A stretch of DNA of 64,000 nt from an uncultured virus (IMG/VR IMGVR_UViG_3300042554_002206) (taxonomy: Duplodnaviria > Heunggongvirae > Uroviricota > Caudoviricetes): IMG/VR virus record IMGVR_UViG_3300042554_002206; one strand, 5' to 3'. A program made the translations under genes and the position numbers. Of the stretch, positions 58,096 through 64,000 are shown one piece after another. Under the pieces are notes generated by a model that did not search any database, was not told the DNA's origin, and saw only the letters and a program-made list of their open reading frames with translations. The stretch's first letter is position 1. The number at the start of each line of letters is the position of its first letter.

Positions 58096-58686
58096 TTAAC
58101 CCAGGCGCCAGGAGCGGCACTCCAGAAGGCTTGCTCCCTTCACCACAGTTCCGGCCTTGAGAGCCGTCTTCAGTGCTGTTTTGTCCACCGAGATGGTGGT
58201 CTTGCTGTTTTGGTACTCCACGGGCATGTCCTCGGGCTCCATGTCGTCGTCAATTTCAACCTTTGTGACCTTGGTGCTCTTTAGTTGGTGCGTGGGCAGA
58301 TCGAACTTGGTTGCGGCAGGCTCCAAGAACAGCAGCCGATCAACCAGCTTCTCGGTCATGGCGTCAGCCTTGCGGTCGTCAGACTTGGCAAGCTCCATCA
58401 AGCGGGCAGCATGGGCGCGGCGGGTGGCGGCCTGATCGGCTAGGCGATTGATCACCCAGCACCAGGAATCGGCTTTAGCCAGCAAGGCATCTTTGGCGCC
58501 TTCGCCAGCGGCTATCAGCGCCTCCAGTTCGGCTTCGGCGGCGGCGACCACCTGAGGATCATCGCTGACCAGCCCTTCGGCGGCTTCGGTGATGGCGACT
58601 TCCAGGCGGTAGGCGTCGCAGGTCAGGGCGTACAGGTTGCTGGGCTTGTCGGTGGCGGTAGCAGGCGTGGCACTGGTGGTGGTCAT
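58096..58686 (-). CDS. Siphovirus Gp157-family protein
   Basis: NLYALT, helical core, VEI.D...P.EY...VDKTALKTALKAG..VKGA.L. Confidence 0.8.
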   Translation of the reverse strand: MTTTSATPATATDKPSNLYALTCDAYRLEVAITEAAEGLVSDDPQVVAAAEAELEALIAAGEGAKDALLAKADSWCWVINRLADQAATRRAHAARLMELAKSDDRKADAMTEKLVDRLLFLEPAATKFDLPTHQLKSTKVTKVEIDDDMEPEDMPVEYQNSKTTISVDKTALKTALKAGTVVKGASLLECRSWRLG

Positions 58687-58798
58687 CGGTGGTGGCTTCG
58701 TATTGCCTTACGTACGATACCATGTGGAAGCCGCAGCGGCTTATGGCCAGCGGCAGGCACGGCACCAATCCCCAAACTCCATCATCGAGAACGCCACC

Positions 58799-59446
58799 AT
58801 GGCAATCACCACCAAGGCCAAAACCCAGGCACCGGAAGAGGCAATCACCATCAAGGCACCCGATTTCAGGCTCATTGAGATCAAAATCAAGGGCACCAGT
58901 CCATTGGTGATCAACAGATTCAGTGCAAAAGCTATGGAGCAGATGAAAGCCACGCAGGAAGCGGGCAGCACCGCCAGGGGCAAGAAGGTGCGCGAGGCGA
59001 AGGATTTTACCGCTCTTTTCGAGAGCGCCAAGCACGTCGCGGGTGAAGGATGGGAGGGTATCCATGCCGCTGCATTCAGGAACGGCGCCATTTCCGCCTG
59101 TCGTACCGTCGGGGTCAAAATGACCCACGCCAAATTGGCATTCAGCGTGTACGCCGATGGCTTTGACCGGGTTGACGGCGCCCCTCTGGTCCGGCTGACG
59201 GAGGGGGAAGCAGAGGAATGGACGGCCCCTACTCGTAATGCCACGGGCGTAATTGATCTACGCTGCCGTCCGATGTATCGGGAGTGGGCGGCAAACTTAA
59301 GAATCCGGTACGACGCCGGAATGTTTACTTCGGCCGACCTGGTCAACCTGATCAGCCGAGTGGGTCTTCAGGTTGGTATCGGCGAGGGGCGACCGGACAG
59401 CAAAAACAGCGCGGGACTGGGCTTCGGCCTGTTCGAGATCGTCTGA
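58799..59446 (+). CDS. Solo RAMP/Cas7-like protein (putative Vipr-type RNA-guided effector), 215 aa
   Basis: First strand IEIKIKGTSPLVINRF; GIHAAAFRNGAISA helix; RP.YREW...L.I.Y; C-terminal Gly loop GLQVGIGEGRP...GLGFGLFEIV. Confidence 0.7.
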   Translation: MAITTKAKTQAPEEAITIKAPDFRLIEIKIKGTSPLVINRFSAKAMEQMKATQEAGSTARGKKVREAKDFTALFESAKHVAGEGWEGIHAAAFRNGAISACRTVGVKMTHAKLAFSVYADGFDRVDGAPLVRLTEGEAEEWTAPTRNATGVIDLRCRPMYREWAANLRIRYDAGMFTSADLVNLISRVGLQVGIGEGRPDSKNSAGLGFGLFEIV

Positions 59447-59455
59447 TTGATCATG

Positions 59456-60154
59456 GCCCTGGCGATTGCTTTACGACTGCCAGGGCTTGGCATGGCTGGT
59501 TAGGCAAGGCGCGGCGTTCCAAGGTTTTGCAGGCATGGCTTTGCAAGGCTCGGCACGATGCGGCAAGGACTGGCAGGCGTGGAACGGTCAGGTTGGCCCG
59601 GAAGGGCAGGCATGGCTTCGCAAGTCACGGCCTGTGCAGGCATGGCTGGCTAGGTGTGGTCGGGATAGTGCAAGGTACGGCGATGCAGGCAAGGCAAGGC
59701 CCGGAGAGCCACGAACAGGCGAGGCAGGCGAGGTATGGCGTTGCCAGGTCAGTCGCGGCAGGTGAGGCAGCTATGGATGGGCCAGGATCGGATTGGCAAG
59801 CGTGGCGTGGACCGGCATGGTTCTGCTCGGCACTGCAGGCACGGCGTGGCGAGGCCAGGTGCGTTCGAGGAACGGCATGGCACGGCAGGCATGGTTAGGC
59901 AAGGCAGCGATTGGTAGCGCACGGCAGGCAAGGCACGGTAGGCCGGGATTGGCACGGCAGGCATGACAAGGCACGGCGTGGACTGGAGAGGTGCGGCATC
60001 GCAGGCGTGGCTAGGACTGGTTTGTAAGGCATGGCAAGGAAAGGAAGGGCAGGCGTGGCCTGGATTGACGGCGCAAGGCACCGCAAGGCATTGCCGGCGT
60101 TGTTGCAGATGCCAAATGGCAGCAGAATGGGGGCTTGAATGGGCCCCCTCATTC
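59456..60154 (+). ncRNA. Putative guide-RNA array of GG(C/T/A)-NN pentamers (about 15 segments) with 5' and 3' hairpins
   Basis: Strong 5-nt periodicity over 59484-~60095; GCAGG junctions every 30-50 nt; hairpins at 59456-59486 and 60125-60154. Confidence 0.8.
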
Positions 60155-60172
60155 CCTTTACCCACTGATCAG

Positions 60173-60730
60173 ATGAATTTCACCAAAGCCGAACCCGAAT
60201 TCACTTTCAGGATCGAAGATGGCGATGAGGTGCTAGGCATTGATGCCCAGACGGCTGGCAGCGAACTAGACCGCATTCGCCGCCGTGATGGCACGATCAA
60301 GCCTGCAGCGGTAGTCGATGAAGCCCGCCCCGAAGATGCGCCACTGCACCCGGCGTTTGAATGGCGCGATCCGGTGGCGGCCGAGCAATGGCGGGAACAT
60401 CAGGCCAGCACGCTGATCAAGGTGGTGCGGGTGGTGCCAAGCGCTCAACCGGAAGAGCGGGTGGCATCGGTGCGGCCGGTGACGCAGGCGATAACGCCAG
60501 TCGTTGAGCACTATGACCCGATGACCCGTGAAGTGCAGGAAGCGGTGGGGTCAGTGGTGGAGGCCAGCCGCAAGGTTGAGCAACTGAAGCTGCGAACCCA
60601 GCGGGCGGGTGATCGCCGCAGCATGATGGCCCTTGGCGTTGCGCTTGAGATGTTGCAAGAGGCTCGGGAAGCGCTCACAAACGGTCAGCTCTCAAGCACA
60701 TGGGAGCGTGAACCGCAAAAGGTTGGGTAA
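60173..60730 (+). CDS. Phage protein of unknown function, third member of the RAMP/array cassette
   Basis: DAQTAGSELDRI...G.IKPAAVVDEARPEDAPLHPAFEWRD..AAEQWREHQA..LI motif; ATG right after the array's 3' hairpin. Confidence 0.7.
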   Translation: MNFTKAEPEFTFRIEDGDEVLGIDAQTAGSELDRIRRRDGTIKPAAVVDEARPEDAPLHPAFEWRDPVAAEQWREHQASTLIKVVRVVPSAQPEERVASVRPVTQAITPVVEHYDPMTREVQEAVGSVVEASRKVEQLKLRTQRAGDRRSMMALGVALEMLQEAREALTNGQLSSTWEREPQKVG

Positions 60731-60746
60731 AAATACCCAAGAGGAC

Positions 60747-60778
60747 GAGGGGGGGGCGGGATGGGCCCCTCTTTTTTT
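60747..60778 (+). terminator. Intrinsic terminator closing the + strand cassette
   Basis: GAGGGG...CCCCTC stem followed by T7. Confidence 0.65.
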
Positions 60779-60782
60779 GGCC

Positions 60783-61262
60783 TTACGCCACCTTCGGTTG
60801 CCGGGTGGCGCGACGGCCGCGTTTGCGGGGTGCTGGGGCTGGGGCGATCGGTTCTGGCGCCGGGGCCAGCAGAAGTGGCTCCGGCGTGGCGGCGAGCATT
60901 GCCAGCTTGCTCATCGCGTTCTGCATCGCAACTTCAGATTGGCGCCGCAACAGCCAATCCACAACTTCAGAACTGTTCCCGCCAAATGCCAACGCATAGC
61001 GCTCAGCAGCTGCTATAGCAGCGTCCAAATTCGGGGAGCTAACCGCCAAATTCGGGGAGCTAGCGGCGGCGCCGGGAAACTCCAGCGCTCGCAACCCTGC
61101 CCATGGGTGCTGCCAGGTGAAGCGCAGCCAGTCGGCGGCGACGATCAGCACAGCAACAGCAACGCCAATAGCGCGAGCGGTGGACTCGATCGCAGGGGCC
61201 CAGTCAGCCCGAAGTGCAGCCTTGATGGTGGTGTTCATTGTTTTTGGGGTGTGGATCACCAA
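60783..61262 (-). CDS. Hypothetical protein with one hydrophobic segment
   Basis: AIGVAVAVLIVAA; basic C-terminus. Confidence 0.5.
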   Translation of the reverse strand: MVIHTPKTMNTTIKAALRADWAPAIESTARAIGVAVAVLIVAADWLRFTWQHPWAGLRALEFPGAAASSPNLAVSSPNLDAAIAAAERYALAFGGNSSEVVDWLLRRQSEVAMQNAMSKLAMLAATPEPLLLAPAPEPIAPAPAPRKRGRRATRQPKVA

Positions 61263-61472
61263 CCGGGGCCGCTCAGGGTCCTCTCCGGGTGGTTAAAAAT
61301 GGTGCGTCGAATCGCTTCGACCCCCAAACCATACCCCATGGGGTGCGCGACTGCGAGTGCGGCCGCAACAATCTGTAGTCCTTGCTGCTGCTACAATGGC
61401 GGAGCAACGGGGTGGTTCCTGTTGCGCACCGAGGCAGCTCGGTGGTGGTAGGCGGGCCCCTGGCGTTGATCG

Positions 61473-62126
61473 TTAGGGGCTTCGCTGTTGGCGGCTAAGG
61501 GGGATCAATGTGATCAGCGCCCCTGGCCGTTCGTCACCAACGCACCAGCGTTTTTCGCAACTACCGCCAACGATCCTGGCGTCATCTTGATACAGCAAGC
61601 CGGTAAGGGCGTCTTCAGTAGAGCGCTGTAGCTTGCTCCAGTCAGGCTGGACGCAGTGATACAGCGGCGACTCGTTGCTGGTTGCGCTGCTCAACGCATC
61701 GTTCAGCGGCTTCAGGGTGCCACCCTTGCGGTAGTGATTGGCGGGCCGCTGGAACCGAAAGACCACAGACATACGCACTGGCCCGTGGAGCACGTACGCA
61801 TCCTGTCGGGCCATGCAGGATCTGAGGTCTGGCAGAAACCCGCTCACGGCCGCCAGGGTGATCTGATACCGGCGAGGGCCAACCACCTTGAGCAGTTCGG
61901 CCGCCGTGAGATCGGGAGCTTGGCGCAACGCCAACCACGCGACCCATCGCCAGTCTGCCCAGTCGCTACAGACAGGCTGGCACAATGTTATGGCGGTCTT
62001 GGCCACCAACAACCGCCATGGCTTGACGTTCTTGCAAGATTCGATCATCACCCCTTTACCAACATGACGTTTGCTGCCCTGGGGTGCGGGCGCCATGTCC
62101 TCAACTAGGAAGGTGATGGGCTCCAT
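61473..62126 (-). CDS. rusA: RusA-family Holliday junction resolvase (with insertion)
   Basis: PAPQGSKRHVG...KPWR...F.FQRP...PDWSKLQRSTEDALTG..YQDDARIV. Confidence 0.85.
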   Translation of the reverse strand: MEPITFLVEDMAPAPQGSKRHVGKGVMIESCKNVKPWRLLVAKTAITLCQPVCSDWADWRWVAWLALRQAPDLTAAELLKVVGPRRYQITLAAVSGFLPDLRSCMARQDAYVLHGPVRMSVVFRFQRPANHYRKGGTLKPLNDALSSATSNESPLYHCVQPDWSKLQRSTEDALTGLLYQDDARIVGGSCEKRWCVGDERPGALITLIPLSRQQRSP

Positions 62127-62518
62127 CAAAATGGAAGGTCGTCGTCTAAGTCGTCAACGCGGTCTGCAACGGACCCGCCAAAACCGCTGGCACCTGAGTC
62201 TTTCTTGCTATCCAGCAAGGTGAGATCCTTGACGTTAAGGACAATCTTGCTTCTTTCTTCTCCCGATACCCTATCGGCCCAAGTTTCGTTTTCAAGCTGG
62301 CCAGAGACGGCAATCATGCTGCCCTTGCGCACGTAGTTGGCTGCCACATCGGCGATCCTGCCCCAGATTTTGAGGTTAAGCCAAAGTGGTTTTTGATCGC
62401 GCTTCCAGCCGTCAACTGCGATGCTGAACTCAGCAACCATTTTGCCGGACTCGAAGTAACGGACTTCAGGATCTTTACCAGCGCGACCGGTGAAGCTGCA
62501 GACGTTGAGGGATGTCAT
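62126..62518 (-). CDS. ssb: Single-stranded DNA-binding protein
   Basis: GRAGKDPEVRYFESG...YVRKGS...DDDLPF. Confidence 0.95.
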   Translation of the reverse strand: MTSLNVCSFTGRAGKDPEVRYFESGKMVAEFSIAVDGWKRDQKPLWLNLKIWGRIADVAANYVRKGSMIAVSGQLENETWADRVSGEERSKIVLNVKDLTLLDSKKDSGASGFGGSVADRVDDLDDDLPF

Positions 62519-62568
62519 GGTGATTGGGGTTAATAAAGGTTACCGGGTTGGCCCCGGCGGGCCGGTGG

Positions 62569-62949
62569 TTAGGCGGGCTCGGTGCTGCTTTTTTGCAGGG
62601 CGGCAATCCGTCGGTCGATCTTGAGCAGATCAGCCGCTGCCTTTTGTTCAATTTCATGGCGCATCGCGGCCAGCGCGAGCGCTTCGGTCGAATACATGCG
62701 TCGAGGCTGCTGGGATCCGCTTCTGTGCTTTCCAGCTTCAGGCGCGGGGCCAGTTCCGTGCGAAACGGTACAGCTCCAACCCATGAAAGCCTCCCGAGTC
62801 CAGGCGTTGTAATCCCAACCCTGACTGTAGCCAGTTTCGGGTATTCCAACATCGCGTAAAACCGGGTTTGTCCATCGCAACGCGGCAAGCGTTTCGGCGC
62901 GGTCAATCGCTGCTTGCATCGCTGCCTGTTCTTTTTTGGTCATTGCCAT
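62569..62949 (-). CDS. Hypothetical protein
   Basis: ORF between ssb and the recombinase. Confidence 0.6.
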   Translation of the reverse strand: MAMTKKEQAAMQAAIDRAETLAALRWTNPVLRDVGIPETGYSQGWDYNAWTREAFMGWSCTVSHGTGPAPEAGKHRSGSQQPRRMYSTEALALAAMRHEIEQKAAADLLKIDRRIAALQKSSTEPA

Positions 62950-62983
62950 GTGATTTGTTGCAAAGGTGTACTGGATTGGCTAT

Positions 62984-63889
62984 TCAGGCAGCGGCGACAG
63001 CGCCGGCATCCGCAGCATTCGCCCCGGCGGCGTTCCACTTGGCGGCAGATGCGGCAGATACGCCAGCGGTGATCAGCTTCTCTTGCGTCTTCAGAGGCAA
63101 GCCCGCAACAGCGCCACACTGCCCGGCGCTCAATTCGTGGCACATGGCAGCGATGCCGAGCGCAGTAAGCCCCGCCTCCTGGCACGCCGTGATAGCCGCC
63201 GCCGTGGTGGCAGCAGGGCCGCTAAGGGGCTGGGTGGTGGCGCTGGGTGGCGCGGCGCTGCTGAGTGCCTGGGTGGCGGGGGCTAGCTGGCCAGCGGCAG
63301 GGCCCCGTCGAACAACGGTTGCCGAGGACTGGCGGGGGGCAGAAGATCCTGGATGTTGGGTTCGCTGTGAAGACGGTCGTTGGGAACCTGACGCAGGCGG
63401 GGCATCACCCTCTACCTCCCGCTGCAGCTTGTCGTAAAGGGCTAGGCCAAACGGGTTGCCGAAAGTCATCAGGGCCCGCTTCATCGCGTCGGTCTCTGCC
63501 TCCTTGAGCGCGGATTCATGGGCCTGTCCTAGGTCCACGTCGATGCCATGGCCAGCGCCGCTGCCTTCGCGGATGATTGGCTGCAGCCCGCCAGCAGTGA
63601 CGGTGATGCGCACGCGGGCGCTGTAGGTGACACCCCAGCCGGGTCTTTGTTGTTTGCCGACTGGTCGCTCTAACTGAGAGACACACTTAAGACTGACAGT
63701 TTCACGCTGCCAGCCGTCAAAGCCAAAGATACGATTAGCTTCTGCAATTACAACCCAGCCTTCAATATAGCTGAGTTTCTGGCCAGATTGCTCGCGCTGT
63801 TTGACGTTGGCGCGATCAAGCGGCGCCGCCAGGGCTGCATTCTGCTCTAGCGAAAAACCAGCACGGTGGGCGGGTGTTGCTTCGCTCAT
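62984..63889 (-). CDS. Rad52/Rad22-family single-strand annealing protein (Sak-like)
   Basis: LSYIEGWVVIAEANRIFGFDGW...REGSGAG...AHESALKEAETDAMKRALMTFGNPFGLALYD. Confidence 0.92.
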   Translation of the reverse strand: MSEATPAHRAGFSLEQNAALAAPLDRANVKQREQSGQKLSYIEGWVVIAEANRIFGFDGWQRETVSLKCVSQLERPVGKQQRPGWGVTYSARVRITVTAGGLQPIIREGSGAGHGIDVDLGQAHESALKEAETDAMKRALMTFGNPFGLALYDKLQREVEGDAPPASGSQRPSSQRTQHPGSSAPRQSSATVVRRGPAAGQLAPATQALSSAAPPSATTQPLSGPAATTAAAITACQEAGLTALGIAAMCHELSAGQCGAVAGLPLKTQEKLITAGVSAASAAKWNAAGANAADAGAVAAA

Positions 63890-64000
63890 GGCTGCACCTT
63901 GCAGTGGTGGGCAATGCCGCGTTGGATGGTTGTTGTGTATTCATCAAGCTCTGGGCCGGTCCGCATTACCAAGGCCGCCAGCGCATCTCTCACCTCCTCC

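Noticed and set aside
58637..58798. Hydrophobic N-terminal extension (membrane anchor) on the RAMP-like ORF
   Set aside because: Overlaps the divergent gp157 start and the intergenic region; ATG 58799 is the more plausible start.
59484..60095. Canonical CRISPR array
   Set aside because: No identical 23-47 bp repeats separated by unique spacers; conservation is interleaved at the 5-nt scale.
59284..60165. ORFs on both strands over the GGY-NN tract (e.g. 59284-59898, 59466-59765, 59749-60165, 5' part of 59963-60730)
   Set aside because: A 5-nt period does not fit codon structure; the Gly/Arg/Ala/Trp-rich translations are by-products of a stop-poor repeat.
1..64000. tRNA/rRNA genes, integrase, att sites, IS elements
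   Set aside because: None recognisable by eye; prophage versus free phage cannot be decided from this window.

Overview
The whole 64 kb window is one GC-rich tailed (siphovirus-like) phage or prophage. The SSB, dCTP deaminase, thymidylate kinase, SigF-like sigma factor and FGE-sulfatase proteins look cyanobacterial, so the host is probably Synechococcus/Cyanobium-like (inference). Layout: a + strand replication/early arm (1-10.2 kb); a - strand virion module (membrane proteins, tail/baseplate, capsid, tape measure, tail tube, chaperones, head-tail, minor head, portal, sigma, terminase; 10.2-48 kb) interrupted by islands of small genes; and a - strand DNA-metabolism arm (dcd, PolX, methylase, helicase, alpha-CTD proteins, gp157, RusA, SSB, Rad52-like; 48-64 kb). 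No integrase, repressor, reverse transcriptase, endolysin, tRNA or canonical CRISPR array was recognised. Best candidate for a novel system: a self-contained + strand cassette at 58.8-60.8 kb. It holds a solo RAMP/Cas7-like gene, then a ~610 nt non-coding array of 5-nt GG(C/T/A)-NN units cut into about 15 segments by GCA|GG junctions and bracketed by hairpins, then a partner gene. This looks like an RNA-guided system with a non-contiguous guide code (VIPR-like). Second highlight: a DGR-type FGE-sulfatase gene ending in three tandem 127-bp variable-region copies, one in each reading frame, preceded by a possible -1 slippery site. Also notable: a C5 methyltransferase/HNH locus that uses all three frames, and three families of repeated promoter-like motifs. 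All product calls come from recognising motifs by eye; no database search was run.
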